Positions 52,260 through 62,382 of a stretch of 64,000 nucleotides of DNA are shown piece by piece. The stretch covers positions 512,001-576,000 of the forward strand of contig CBDBCY010000004.1 in NCBI GenBank assembly GCA_965203555.1, in the 5' to 3' direction. The position numbers were made by a program, and so were the translations under genes. This DNA is from Acidimicrobiia bacterium. GTDB lineage: Bacteria > Actinomycetota > Acidimicrobiia > Spongiisociales > ZC4RG35. Under the pieces are notes generated by a model. That model did not search any database and was not told the origin of the DNA. It saw nothing but the letters and a program-made list of their open reading frames with translations. The number at the start of each line of letters is the position of its first letter. The first letter of the stretch is position 1.

Positions 52260-53231
52260 TCAGAAGTTCTCACCCAAGAATATCTTGCTGACCGAATCAT
52301 CGGTGAATATGGCCTGCACCGACTTGGCCACTATCGAGGCAATGGACAGCACTTTCAGATTCCCGGCCATGGTGGCTTCCTCGGGGACCGGGAGGGTATT
52401 GGTCACCACCACCTCATCTATTCCCGCCGCGGTGATGCGTTCCATCGCCCTGCTGGACAGGACCCCGTGCGTTGCGGCAATGCGTACCGACTTGGCGCCC
52501 ATCCGGCGGATCAGTTCCGCAGCGTTGCCCACAGTTCCCCCGGTGTCGATTATGTCGTCCACGATCACGGCGTGGCGATTCTCCACCACCCCGGTAACCG
52601 CCAGCGCCTCGGAGATGTTGTGGCGATGGACGTCCCGTCGCTTGTAGACCAAAGCCACGTCGGCGTCCAACTGCCGAGCATATTTCTCAGCCCTTTTACC
52701 ACCGCCGGCGTCGGGAGAAACGATGGTCACGTCCTCGCTGATCACCGTCGACAGATATTCGCTGATGATGGGTATGGCCGTGAGGTGATCGAAGGGCTTG
52801 GTGATGAACCCCTGCAACTGCCCGGTGTGAAGATCCACCGAAACCAGCCGGTCGGCGCCCGCCGACATGAAGAGGTCGCCGACCAACCTGGCGGTGATGG
52901 GCTCGCGGGGCAGCACCTTCTTGTCCTGCCGGCAGTACCCGTAGTAAGGCATCACCGCTGTGATCGAATGGGCGGAGGCGCGGCGCAGCGCGTCGATGAT
53001 GATCAGTTGCTCCATGATGGCGTCGTTGATGGGAGGTGAGTGGCTCTGGAAGACGAAGCAGTCCGTGCCTCTCACGCTCTCATTGGACCGTGCGTACACC
53101 TCCCCGCTGGAAAAGGTGGATCTGCGCAACCGTCCCAGTGACACTCCGAGCAGGTCCGCCACCTCCTGCGCGAGTTCCAGATTGTGGCTACCGGAGAAGA
53201 TCCGCATCTGCTTGAAGTGCGCTATGTCCAT
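52260..53231 (-). CDS. prs: Ribose-phosphate pyrophosphokinase
   Basis: PYYGYCRQD, DLH, SPDAGG and VDDIIDTGGT. Confidence 0.96.
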   Translation of the reverse strand: MDIAHFKQMRIFSGSHNLELAQEVADLLGVSLGRLRRSTFSSGEVYARSNESVRGTDCFVFQSHSPPINDAIMEQLIIIDALRRASAHSITAVMPYYGYCRQDKKVLPREPITARLVGDLFMSAGADRLVSVDLHTGQLQGFITKPFDHLTAIPIISEYLSTVISEDVTIVSPDAGGGKRAEKYARQLDADVALVYKRRDVHRHNISEALAVTGVVENRHAVIVDDIIDTGGTVGNAAELIRRMGAKSVRIAATHGVLSSRAMERITAAGIDEVVVTNTLPVPEEATMAGNLKVLSIASIVAKSVQAIFTDDSVSKIFLGENF

Positions 53232-53244
53232 TCAGGTTTCTCCA

Positions 53245-54675
53245 CTAGCCACCGCTCGCCGAATCGGAATCCTCAGACGAAGTTTGCCCTGCGTTTTCCT
53301 GACGGTAGCGCGCCGCTCGCCTCGCCGCATAACCGGGGAGAGTCTTCTGCGGGGACCGTTCAACCGCCAGCGCTCCCGGCTCCACCGGTCGGGTGATGGT
53401 GGAGCCGGCCCCCGTCCATCCCTCCTCCCCGACTTCCACCGGCGCCACCAGCACCGTGTTCGAGCCGATCTGAGCCCCGGGGCCGATGACGGTACGGTGC
53501 TTTCGGTAACCGTCGTAGTTGGCGGTGATAGTCCCCGCCCCGATGTTGGCGCGCTCACCGACGTCGGTGTCCCCCACATAGGAGAGATGGGGCGCCTTGG
53601 CGCCTTCTCCCAGGCGGCTGTTCTTGATTTCGACGAAAGAGCCCGCCTTGGCCTCCCGCTCTATCCGGGTGCCGGGACGCAGTGACGCATAGGGCCCGAC
53701 CCGGACGTCCGCGCCTATCACTGACTCACGCACCACCGAATACCAAACCCGGGAACCGGATCCGATGGTGCTGTCGCGGACATAACTGTCGGGTCCCACA
53801 ACTGCCCCATCCCCCACTTTCACCTTTCCTTCCAGGTGAACGCCCGCGTGCAACTTCACCCCGGGGGCGAGTCTCACATCCGCATCGACATATGTCCTCT
53901 CCGGATCGGCCATCCACACCCCGGCCAGCATGTGACGTTGAAGTATCCGGCGTCTCATCCAGGTCGCCACCTCCGCCAACTGCGCCTGATCGTTCACCCC
54001 CAGCGCCTCGTGGAAAGGAATGGGCATGGCGGTCACCAACAGTCCGTCAGCCACCATCAAACCGATCACATCGGGCAGGTAGTACTCACCCTGCCGGTTG
54101 CCGACCCCGATCCGCCCCAGCGCATCCCGTAACGGTCCGGCCTCGAAGACATAGAGACTGGTGTTGACCTCCCTTAATCTTCTTTGATCGGGGGTGGCGT
54201 CGACATGCTCCACCACTCCTTCAACCTGCCCTTCCGAATCGCGCAACACCCTTCCATAGCCGGTGGGATCATCCACTTCGGCGGTGAGCATGACCGCTGC
54301 TGCTCCCCGGCTGCAGCGCCTCTCGATAGCCCCGGTGATCGACTCCGCAGTGAGGAGAGGCACGTCCCCGGGTAGCACCGCCACCGCCGCGCCGTCCGGA
54401 AGGTCACCCAGCGCCTCCATCCCCAAGGAGGCCGCCTGCCCGGTCCCCCGCCGCTGCGGTTGGTGGCAGGTTTCGACCCCGGATGGCAGGATGGATCTCA
54501 CTCGGCGCGCGCCCGCTCCGACCACCACCATCATCCGCTCGGGGCGGGTGGCGGCGGCTGCTTCCACGATCCAGGACAGGATCGGCCGGCCTGCCACCGG
54601 ATGAAGCACTTTGGGGATGTCAGAACGCATACGAACGCCCTCACCGGCCGCCATGATTATCGCCGCATGGCTCAT
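53245..54675 (-). CDS. glmU: Bifunctional UDP-GlcNAc pyrophosphorylase/glucosamine-1-P acetyltransferase
   Basis: AAGEGVRM, GYGR, GEYYLPD and HLSYVGD; hexapeptide repeats. Confidence 0.95.
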   Translation of the reverse strand: MSHAAIIMAAGEGVRMRSDIPKVLHPVAGRPILSWIVEAAAATRPERMMVVVGAGARRVRSILPSGVETCHQPQRRGTGQAASLGMEALGDLPDGAAVAVLPGDVPLLTAESITGAIERRCSRGAAAVMLTAEVDDPTGYGRVLRDSEGQVEGVVEHVDATPDQRRLREVNTSLYVFEAGPLRDALGRIGVGNRQGEYYLPDVIGLMVADGLLVTAMPIPFHEALGVNDQAQLAEVATWMRRRILQRHMLAGVWMADPERTYVDADVRLAPGVKLHAGVHLEGKVKVGDGAVVGPDSYVRDSTIGSGSRVWYSVVRESVIGADVRVGPYASLRPGTRIEREAKAGSFVEIKNSRLGEGAKAPHLSYVGDTDVGERANIGAGTITANYDGYRKHRTVIGPGAQIGSNTVLVAPVEVGEEGWTGAGSTITRPVEPGALAVERSPQKTLPGYAARRAARYRQENAGQTSSEDSDSASGG

Positions 54676-54711
54676 TGTCTTCTCCAAGTCATGTCATCGC
54701 AGACGCGGCCC

Positions 54712-54786
54712 TGGCTGGGGGGATAGGACTTGAACCCATACCGGCGGGACCAAAACCCGCTGTGCTGCCGGTTACACCACCCCCCA
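54712..54786 (-). tRNA. tRNA-Gln(UUG)
   Basis: U1-A72 acceptor pair, anticodon arm GCGGG-UUUUGGU-CCCGC, encoded CCA; usual position before glmU. Confidence 0.95.
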
Positions 54787-54816
54787 TCGGGAAAGAAGGG
54801 CACATCGCCCCCTAGG

Positions 54817-55671
54817 TTACCTGCTCGTCTCCGTGGGACCGCCGGAAAACAGGTCCGCCCCCACCGTTGTCGCGAACAGGTTCTCCACCTGCTCCGAAGC
54901 CGATCTTGCCTCCTCTTCATCCATGAAATATCCGAACAGTGAGGGTCCGCTGCCCGACATGGCCACCGGTCTCCCCCACTCTCGTGAAAGCAGATGCATC
55001 GCATCACCCAGTTCGGGACGCGCCCGGAGAGCGGCAGGTTGCAGATCGTTGCGAAAAGGCATCGAGCGGCGCAACGGCGGAGGCAGAGCCGCCGAAGGAA
55101 ACTCCGATCCCCGCGGTCCCTCCAGATGGTCCCACATTCGATAGACGTCAGCAGTGAGCAGGGGAAAGTCGGGTACGGCCACTGCCAGGGCAAAGCCTGA
55201 CAGGGAGGAAAAGGGAGAGACTCTTTCCCCGAAGCCCTCCACCCACAGGCTTCCCCCCCGAAGCGCCGCCGGCACATCGGACCCGATGTCCGGGGCCACC
55301 CGCCGAAGAACCCGTGGATCAAGGTCGAGCATCCTTCCCAACGCCGCCAGCATCGTCGCCGCATCGGCGCTGCCTCCTCCCAGGCCGGCCGCCACCGGGA
55401 CCCGCTTGTCGAGATGGACCCGGAGGGGAGGGCGGGCGATGTCGGTGCCCGTTTCCAATGCCTCCACCGCCATCCACACCAGGTTCTCACGGCCGGCGGG
55501 AAGTTCGGCGCCCTCGATCTCCAAATGGTCATCCTCTCCCTGCGTGACAGTCAGCCGATCGCCCCAGTACAGGGTCTGCGTCAGGGACCGGATCGGATGG
55601 AGCCCCCCAGCCGCTATGGACCCCACCATCAGGGTGAGATTCACCTTGGCGGGCGCCAGCCAGGCGGTCAT
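54817..55671 (-). CDS. ispE: 4-diphosphocytidyl-2-C-methyl-D-erythritol kinase
   Basis: APAKVNL, PVAAGLGGGSADAA, GSDVP and MSGSGP; starts at ATG 55671. Confidence 0.93.
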   Translation of the reverse strand: MTAWLAPAKVNLTLMVGSIAAGGLHPIRSLTQTLYWGDRLTVTQGEDDHLEIEGAELPAGRENLVWMAVEALETGTDIARPPLRVHLDKRVPVAAGLGGGSADAATMLAALGRMLDLDPRVLRRVAPDIGSDVPAALRGGSLWVEGFGERVSPFSSLSGFALAVAVPDFPLLTADVYRMWDHLEGPRGSEFPSAALPPPLRRSMPFRNDLQPAALRARPELGDAMHLLSREWGRPVAMSGSGPSLFGYFMDEEEARSASEQVENLFATTVGADLFSGGPTETSR

Positions 55672-56501
55672 TTGCCCGACCCCCAAACTCGCGCCGCGCC
55701 GGCCAATCGCAGGAAGGCGCCCGGAGAAAGCGTCTCGGGTCGGTCCTGCGGAGAAATCCCCGCCGCGGCCAGCACCTGTTCGGGAGCGGCCAGGTGCGAC
55801 CCCAAGGAGCGCCGCAGCATCTTGCGCCGCTTGCCGAAAGCAGCCGACGCCAGGGACACGGCCAGACCGGCATCGGGATGGGGATCGGTCCTCCGCAATT
55901 GCACCACCGAGGAGAAGACCTCGGGGCGCGGAAAGAACACCTGGGGAGGAACGTCGAAGGCCCGCCGCATTCGGGTGTACAGCCCGGCTATCACCGAAGG
56001 AAGACCGTATTCCCGGCTTCCGGGACCAGCCAGGAGACGTAGCACCACCTCCCGCTGCAGCATCACCGTGTAACCGACGACGGCGGGAACGTGTTGGATC
56101 ATCTCCAGCACCAACGGAGTGCCGACCCCATAGGGAAGATTGGAGACCATCACCCACTCCCCTCCCCGAAGAGTCCGGTTCCAATCGACTTTCATGGCGT
56201 CTTCCATCCGGATCACAACCCGGTCGCCGACGGCCGCCACCGTCTCCGCCAGAACAGGAGCAAGGCGGCGGTCGATCTCGTAAGCCAGCACCGAGGCGCC
56301 GGTCTCCGCCAGGGCGGCAGTCAGGTTTCCCACCCCCGCTCCCACTTCCAGCACCCGGTCGGTGGGACCCACTCTCGCGGTTTTCACCATCTTGTTCACC
56401 AGGTTGACATCGGTAAGAAAGTGCTGGCCCAGCCTGCGGGAAGGACTGATCCCATGACGGGTCAGCAGATCGGACAAGCCCGAAGGGGTAATGGCGGTCA
56501 A
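55668..56501 (-). CDS. rsmA: 16S rRNA dimethyladenosine transferase
   Basis: LGQHFL, EVGAGVG, SNLPY and RRKMLR; TTG start overlaps the tatD stop. Confidence 0.92.
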   Translation of the reverse strand: MTAITPSGLSDLLTRHGISPSRRLGQHFLTDVNLVNKMVKTARVGPTDRVLEVGAGVGNLTAALAETGASVLAYEIDRRLAPVLAETVAAVGDRVVIRMEDAMKVDWNRTLRGGEWVMVSNLPYGVGTPLVLEMIQHVPAVVGYTVMLQREVVLRLLAGPGSREYGLPSVIAGLYTRMRRAFDVPPQVFFPRPEVFSSVVQLRRTDPHPDAGLAVSLASAAFGKRRKMLRRSLGSHLAAPEQVLAAAGISPQDRPETLSPGAFLRLAGAARVWGSGK

Positions 56502-57280
56502 CTTTCTCCACCTTCTCGGTAGCCGAAGGTCCGCCGGGCGTTGGCGGTGGTGATCCGGGCCACTTCGGTCGAGTCCATGCCCCACACCTTGCCCAGGGCC
56601 CGGCCCACCAGCGCCACCCAGGCCGGCTCGTTGGGCTTTCCCCGATGGGGAGGAGGGGTCAGATAGGGGGTGTCGGTCTCCACCAGGGCGCGGGAGGGTG
56701 GTACGATCGCCGCCGCTCTTCTCACCGTGTCGCCGTTGGGAAACGCAACCGGCCCGGCAAAGGAAAACCGCACCCCCAATCCCAAGAACCGGCGGGTCCA
56801 TCTGGGACCACCCGTCCAGCAGTGCATCACCGTAAAATGACCGGCCGCGGTCTGCTCCAACAGCCGGTAGACATCCGCAAACGCATCCCGGCAGTGGACG
56901 ACCAGCGGCTTGCGCAGTTCGGCAGCCAACTCGATCTGGGAACGAAAAGACTCCAATTGGTGATGTCGAGAAGAGAGATTGCGGTAGAAGTCCAGTCCCG
57001 TCTCCCCCACCGCCGCCGCCTGCCGAGCCGCTTCGGCAATACCATTCCCCTGCTGCGGCCAGCGGTCCGCCACATGGGGATGTAATCCGGCCGCAGCCAG
57101 CACCCGTCCCCGATGCCGGTCGGCCAGGAGGAGAGCCGCCCGTGACGACTCCAGGTCCACCCCGGGCGCCACCACCCAATCAACCGCGGTAGCCCGGTCG
57201 AGCAGTTGCTCCGGAGGCCGTCCATCCAACTGCAGATGGCAATGGGTGTCCACCCAGCGCGCATCGGTAGAGGAACCCAC
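56498..57280 (-). CDS. tatD: TatD family DNase
   Basis: DTHCH, GETGLD, VHCRDA, MHCW and ETDTPYL. Confidence 0.92.
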   Translation of the reverse strand: MGSSTDARWVDTHCHLQLDGRPPEQLLDRATAVDWVVAPGVDLESSRAALLLADRHRGRVLAAAGLHPHVADRWPQQGNGIAEAARQAAAVGETGLDFYRNLSSRHHQLESFRSQIELAAELRKPLVVHCRDAFADVYRLLEQTAAGHFTVMHCWTGGPRWTRRFLGLGVRFSFAGPVAFPNGDTVRRAAAIVPPSRALVETDTPYLTPPPHRGKPNEPAWVALVGRALGKVWGMDSTEVARITTANARRTFGYREGGES

Positions 57281-57301
57281 CGCCTTTACCGTATCCTGCA
57301 G

Positions 57302-58138
57302 CTACCCATGCGCCAACCGGTACAGGTCCCGGCGAGGGACATCGAGCAGTCTGGACACTTCTCGCACGGCCGCAGAAGTGGGCAGGCCGGCGGTGACCAG
57401 GCGCTCGACCGCTTCGGTGGCTCTCGCCATCCGCACCGAGATCCGATCCTCGGCCCGAGGATCGGCGCCACCCACTACCAGGGTGAACTCGCCCTGTGGG
57501 GAACGGGCGTCCCACTCCCGGCAGGCTTGCGAGATTGTGCCGCGCCAGATTTCCTCGTGGAGTTTGGTGAGTTCCCGGACCACCGTGATCGGACGCTTTC
57601 CCATCCCCGCCGCGGCCAGATCGTCCAGGTCGTCCAGTAGACGATGGGGAGAAGAGAACAGCACCACTGTCTCCACGGACCGGGACAGCACTTCGACACG
57701 CCGCGCCCGCTTCTCGCCGGAGCGCGGTAGAAAGCCCTCGAACGCAAACCGGCCGGCCGCCAGTCCCGAAACGGCCACCGCGGCGGTCACCGCGCTCGGC
57801 CCGGGAACGATGGTTACCGCCGCCCCTTCCGCAACGGCGGCTCTCACCGCCGGCAATCCCGGATCGGAGATGCTCGGAGTCCCCGCGTCGGTCACCAACG
57901 CCACGGTCTCTCCCGACGCCAGCCGGCCCGCCAGTTCGGCGGTGCGGGAGTCTTCATTTCCGGCGAAAAAGGACCGCAGTCGGCGGGGCGTCACTCCCAG
58001 GGCTTCGAACAGCCTCCCCGACCGGCGGGTGTCCTCCGCGTACACGCAGTCGGCGGCGGAAATCGCTTCCGCCAACCGGGGCGGAGCATCGGCCAGATTG
58101 CCGATCGGGGTCCCGCACAGAATCAGCAGACCGGCCAC
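57302..58138 (-). CDS. rsmI: 16S rRNA C1402 2'-O-methyltransferase
   Basis: TPIGNLAD, AEDTR, DAGTPSISDPG and RELTKLHEE. Confidence 0.93.
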   Translation of the reverse strand: MAGLLILCGTPIGNLADAPPRLAEAISAADCVYAEDTRRSGRLFEALGVTPRRLRSFFAGNEDSRTAELAGRLASGETVALVTDAGTPSISDPGLPAVRAAVAEGAAVTIVPGPSAVTAAVAVSGLAAGRFAFEGFLPRSGEKRARRVEVLSRSVETVVLFSSPHRLLDDLDDLAAAGMGKRPITVVRELTKLHEEIWRGTISQACREWDARSPQGEFTLVVGGADPRAEDRISVRMARATEAVERLVTAGLPTSAAVREVSRLLDVPRRDLYRLAHG

Positions 58139-58458
58139 GGCTCAAGGCCGTCCTTCCAGGCAAGAACCCAGCCCGCCTGGGGCGGAACCCGGCCATGACG
58201 CAGCTCCAACACGGCTTCCGCATCCGCGAAGACCGCCATCCCGCCCGGTCCCAGACTGCGCACCCCCACCACTCGCAGCGCGCCGTCCAGCCCCACTGCC
58301 CACAACTTGGCAACGATGAACATCCCGTGCACGGAACGCCCGGGTATCAGCACGCCCCACCGCCGGGGAACCCCGTGTATCCCCACCAGCCGCTTCCAGA
58401 AGCTGTCAGCCACGGTCACCGGACCCGACCTCCACTCCCCACAATGCAATTCCGCCAC
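58123..58458 (-). CDS. DUF192-like small protein
   Basis: VADSFWKRLVG, SVHGMF and AVLEL pattern. Confidence 0.6.
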   Translation of the reverse strand: MAELHCGEWRSGPVTVADSFWKRLVGIHGVPRRWGVLIPGRSVHGMFIVAKLWAVGLDGALRVVGVRSLGPGGMAVFADAEAVLELRHGRVPPQAGWVLAWKDGLEPWPVC

Positions 58459-58461
58459 TTC

Positions 58462-59919
58462 TCAAGGAAGATAAGGGGCAGCCACCGATGGACACACCTG
58501 CGGGTCCGAACAGGCCACCATCACCAGTCCGGCGGGGATGGGAGCGACCAACACGTAGTCCTCTTTCGAGGCCCGAAAACCCAGATCATCCAGTGACCGC
58601 AACTCTCCCACCTTCATTCCCGCCACCGCGTAGTCAGCCAGCAGCCGGGCCAACTCCTCCGTCTCGGCCGGACTGTCCCCGGCGTGCTCCCAAACCAGAA
58701 CCACCTCCCCCTGCCGGTCATATCCGACCAGGCTGCGCCCCCCGCCCCACCCGGTGGCGGCGTCCACCGCAGCATCGGGACCCAGCACCTGCTCGAACAT
58801 GATCAGTATGTCCAAAAAACCCCAGGTGTAGTTGTAGATCTCTTCGTATCCCTGGGGAAGCACCCCGCTCGGTCTCTCCATCTCGATCGGCTCAGTGGAA
58901 GGCGATGGGGCGCCCGCGTAGATCTCCTCGGTGGAGGCAGGGGGATCCAGGTACAAATCGTCCACCGCTTTCCAGCCCCCTTCTCTCCATCGGTTCAACA
59001 CGTATTCGAATCCCTTTTCATAGGGAAAGCGGAGAGCCAATTCCATGAACAGCGGGATGTCCATGTCGGGCGGTTCGAAGTCGGCAAACTCCGCCATGAG
59101 ACGATTTCGCTCCGAGACGTCGAGATTGTTCACGTACACGAACTCGGACAGGGTGGCGTCTCCTTCCACCAGGGCGACCAATCCGGAGGCGGGATCGTAG
59201 AGTTGGGCGTCCACCAACTCCTCCACTCTCGGACCGAAGTCAAAGTGCTGATCGGTCAGGGCATGCACCAATTCATGGACCAGCGTCAAGGTCTCCATTG
59301 CCGTGAACTCTTGGCCGGAGGCGGGAATCACCAGTTCCTTGTCCTCGCTGGAATAGTACCCGGCCACGCTCTGCCCGTACAGTTCTCCGTACAGAGCAGC
59401 CAGATCATCGTCGGGCGCCAATAGGCCCAACAGCTTGAACAGGGCCTCGTCCACCTCGATGTCCTCCAATTCGGACTCCACCTCCATACGGACCCGCTCC
59501 TCGAAGTCCTCGGGGGAGAGGACGACGATGGAGGGCAGGTCTTCGAACTCCAGACCCCTTATCCCTTCGGTGGTCTCCACAGCCTCCCAGATCTGAGCGG
59601 AGATCCCAGGCCCCAAGCCCTCGATAACGGGTGTCCGGGAGGCCGGCGCCGGCTGCGTGGTGGTGGTGTCGGGGACGGTAGCAGGGGAAATGGTGGTTGT
59701 GGTCGACTCCGCCGCCGTGGTGGAGGGCGCAGCCGCGGTGGTAACCGCCCCGGTGGTGGGGGTCGCGGCCGCCGTGGTGGTGGTCGCGGCTGCGGTGCTC
59801 AAAGGCGCCACTGAGGTGGTGACCGTCGATCTCTCGGTACCGGCGCCGGCCCCGGAATCGGCGCCGGGACCGCATGCGGCCAGCACCAGCACCGCCGCCA
59901 GTACCGCCGCGACGTTCAC
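58462..59919 (-). CDS. Lipoprotein, putative zinc metallopeptidase (HExxH gluzincin-type)
   Basis: Lipobox LAAC, Thr/Ala-rich linker, AGYY, LVHELVHALTDQ, EGDA and FPY..G; start approximate. Confidence 0.75.
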   Translation of the reverse strand: MNVAAVLAAVLVLAACGPGADSGAGAGTERSTVTTSVAPLSTAAATTTTAAATPTTGAVTTAAAPSTTAAESTTTTISPATVPDTTTTQPAPASRTPVIEGLGPGISAQIWEAVETTEGIRGLEFEDLPSIVVLSPEDFEERVRMEVESELEDIEVDEALFKLLGLLAPDDDLAALYGELYGQSVAGYYSSEDKELVIPASGQEFTAMETLTLVHELVHALTDQHFDFGPRVEELVDAQLYDPASGLVALVEGDATLSEFVYVNNLDVSERNRLMAEFADFEPPDMDIPLFMELALRFPYEKGFEYVLNRWREGGWKAVDDLYLDPPASTEEIYAGAPSPSTEPIEMERPSGVLPQGYEEIYNYTWGFLDILIMFEQVLGPDAAVDAATGWGGGRSLVGYDRQGEVVLVWEHAGDSPAETEELARLLADYAVAGMKVGELRSLDDLGFRASKEDYVLVAPIPAGLVMVACSDPQVCPSVAAPYLP

Positions 59920-60098
59920 CCCAGGCCGGATTTTACCGTTGGGTCGAAAGAAGTCCTGTCCGGTCATCCTTGGCGCCACTCCCGCACGGGTCGCGCCGAT
60001 ATGACTCGCCCCGGAGTGACGGATTTCAACAGCAGCATCTCCAAAAGCCTATCCACGGTGGAGTGCAATGCGACAGGTATACAGCGGCAGCAACCGGG

Positions 60099-61463
60099 TC
60101 AGCCACCTCGGGAAGAGCGCAGTTCACGGCCTGTCATCACGTCGGTGGCGGCTATGAACGTCAACAGTTCCCCCTCTCCGCCAAGCCATGCGTAGTCATC
60201 GTCGTAATACTCGATTCCCCCTTCTCGCGATCGGCGCTCCCCCACAGCCATCTGCTTGGGGATGAATTCCTCCAGTGCGACCCGCAACTCTTCGGTGTCC
60301 TCGCTCGTGTCTCCCACGTAGTCCACCACCAGGGCGACATCCGGGCCGTTTGTGAAGATCAGGTAACGATCGCCGCCCCATCCCCAAGCGGCCGGGAAGG
60401 CCGTCTCGGGACCGAGCGCCGAAGAAAGCAGGGTTTCCCATCCCCACTGTCCCCAAATAGCGTCGGACACCTCCCGATATCCCTGCGGAGACGCCACTCT
60501 CGGTTTGGGAAGCAGAACCGGATCCGATTCCCCCGCCCCCAGTGACAGGATGTGCTCAGTCGAAATGGGAGGCGCCCGGTGAGTATCGTTGATCAGGTCC
60601 CATCCGCCCAACTGGAACAACCTCTGCAAATAGTCGAGGGTCGGACCGGCGGCGAACCTTGCGCTTCGCTGAATGAACGAAGGCGCCGACCTCACCGCTG
60701 CGGACAGTCTCCAAGCCTCTTCGGCAACTTCCTGTTGGGCCGCTTCGGTCAATCCCTCCAAGAAGAGCAACTCCACCAGATTCGAGTCGGCCTCCGCCAT
60801 GGCGCCCAGGACGGTTAGGGAATCGCTCGGGCCGGCGCCGGCCAACCGCTCCAGGCGCGTCCAAACGTCCATGTTCAGATCCACCAACGCCTTGGCGATC
60901 TCACCGACCAGTGTCATCTCCTCAAGGGGCGTCGGCGCCTCCAAAGTGGATACCAGCCACAGCTTTTGACTGGCCGCATCGTAGAAGGCGGGCGTGGGAC
61001 GGGACCTGAAGTCGGCGAGAATACCGACCCAATCACTCTCGGCGTCGATCAGGCCCAGCAGACGCAGCAAAGCCTCATCCAACTCGTACAGGCCGGCATC
61101 GTCCTCCACCCGGGAGCGTAGACGCCGCCTCAACTCCTGGGAGGTGATCGCCTCGATCGGCAGCGGATCCGCAAAGGAGAGGCCGCGCAGCATCTGGGTC
61201 TCCTCCACCAACTCCACCAACCTGTCCCGGAAAGTCTCTGGAACAAAGAGCAAGTCCTCCACCGGCGGTGGCGAGGTGGTAGTTGTGGTGGAAATGGTGG
61301 TGGTCGTCTCCGCACTTGCACTGGTGGAGGTCACCTCGCCGGTCGCTTCCACTGCCACCGACGACGGAGGTGACTGAGTCGCCTCATCACCGCAGGAGGC
61401 GAGCAACAGGCTCAATAAGGATAAGGCAACCATCGCCCACTTGACGAGAACGGCTCGTTTCAC
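60099..61463 (-). CDS. Paralogous lipoprotein with degenerate zinc motif (pseudo-peptidase)
   Basis: Lipobox LASC, Thr-rich linker, AFY, LVGEIAKALVD, EADS, PPISTEHI and GWGGD; start approximate. Confidence 0.7.
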   Translation of the reverse strand: MKRAVLVKWAMVALSLLSLLLASCGDEATQSPPSSVAVEATGEVTSTSASAETTTTISTTTTTSPPPVEDLLFVPETFRDRLVELVEETQMLRGLSFADPLPIEAITSQELRRRLRSRVEDDAGLYELDEALLRLLGLIDAESDWVGILADFRSRPTPAFYDAASQKLWLVSTLEAPTPLEEMTLVGEIAKALVDLNMDVWTRLERLAGAGPSDSLTVLGAMAEADSNLVELLFLEGLTEAAQQEVAEEAWRLSAAVRSAPSFIQRSARFAAGPTLDYLQRLFQLGGWDLINDTHRAPPISTEHILSLGAGESDPVLLPKPRVASPQGYREVSDAIWGQWGWETLLSSALGPETAFPAAWGWGGDRYLIFTNGPDVALVVDYVGDTSEDTEELRVALEEFIPKQMAVGERRSREGGIEYYDDDYAWLGGEGELLTFIAATDVMTGRELRSSRGG

Positions 61464-61632
61464 TTTGTCGGAGGCTACATCATATGGGGCTGTGAAGTTG
61501 GTTACCGTTCCGATGCCTCCCATCGTGTCGCGCCTCCCGGTGCCATCCGCTCCGATCTGCGGAGATAAACGGCGAGCCGGCGAACCCGATTTGCGGCTAG
61601 TCTTATCCCGGTCAGTGATGGCAACCCCACCC

Positions 61633-61723
61633 GGAGGGATCGCATAGTCCGGCCTAGTGCGCGGCACTCGAAATGCCGTAGAGGGTTACCACCCTCTCGT
61701 GGGTTCGAATCCCACTCCCTCCG
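61633..61723 (+). tRNA. tRNA-Ser(CGA)
   Basis: Anticodon arm CGGCA-CUCGAAA-UGCCG, long variable arm, G discriminator. Confidence 0.95.
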
Positions 61724-61752
61724 CCCGCACAAAACAGCCCGTCGGCGCCCAT

Positions 61753-61837
61753 GGAGGGATGACCGAGCGGCCTAAGGTGACAGTCTTGAAAACTGTTGGG
61801 CATCCGTGCCTCGTGGGTTCGAATCCCACTCCCTCCG
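61753..61837 (+). tRNA. tRNA-Ser(UGA)
   Basis: Anticodon arm ACAGU-CUUGAAA-ACUGU, long variable arm, G discriminator. Confidence 0.95.
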
Positions 61838-62339
61838 CTCTGGCTATTTGGCAGTTTTTGCAAATTTGTTGACCATTTAGCCGTCTGCAGGCCGGTTTTG
61901 CCGGACTTTGGAGTTGCAGGCGTTTCGGATCGCTCTGAGGGGGTGTTTTGACCTAGCCTAGCCGATGGCCGTGTAGGGGGTTGGCGAGTGTGAGGGTTTG
62001 CCGTTTCGGGCGCGCTGAATCTGACCGCGTGTCTGCTGTCAGTGAAGAGGTCGGGGCGTCTTAGCGGGGCGGCGCTCGGGGTTTGCTTTCCCCGCGGGTG
62101 GGGGTGCTGACCGGTTCGGTTACGGGCGGCTGCTTGTCGTCCTCTTCCAGTGGCTGTGCGCGAAAGGCGTAGCCTTTGGCTCCTCACATGTTGTGAGCCA
62201 CCGCTTGGGCCATGACTTCTTCTAACTTAGGGAGAGGCCACTTCCCGCTGCCCTTACCTGTTCGCTGACTCGCAGACCCGCCACTAGGGGAAAAGCCTTT
62301 GGTATTTCCGTTCGTATCTCTGAGAGTGGTACACAACCC

Positions 62340-62382
62340 ATCGCCTACGACCACTGACCACCCCTTGGAACTAACCGTATAG
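62340..62382 (+). mobile_element. Remnant right end of an IS982-family element
   Basis: atcgcctacgaccactga encodes IAYDH-stop, the typical C-terminus of actinobacterial IS982 transposases. It is followed by 25 bp matching the reverse complement of 63055-63079 at 21/25. Confidence 0.8.

Noticed and set aside
54817-57179. Apparent long N-terminal fusions on ispE and rsmA (likewise pheT, dppF, hyuB)
   Set aside because: The extensions overlap upstream genes in another frame and true starts overlap the preceding stops. The RibH extension differs because it occupies its own DNA.
61768-61780. tRNA-Ser D-loop CCTAAGGT matching the intron's 5' exon end
   Set aside because: A short match to an ordinary D-loop sequence; flanks do not match the homing site.
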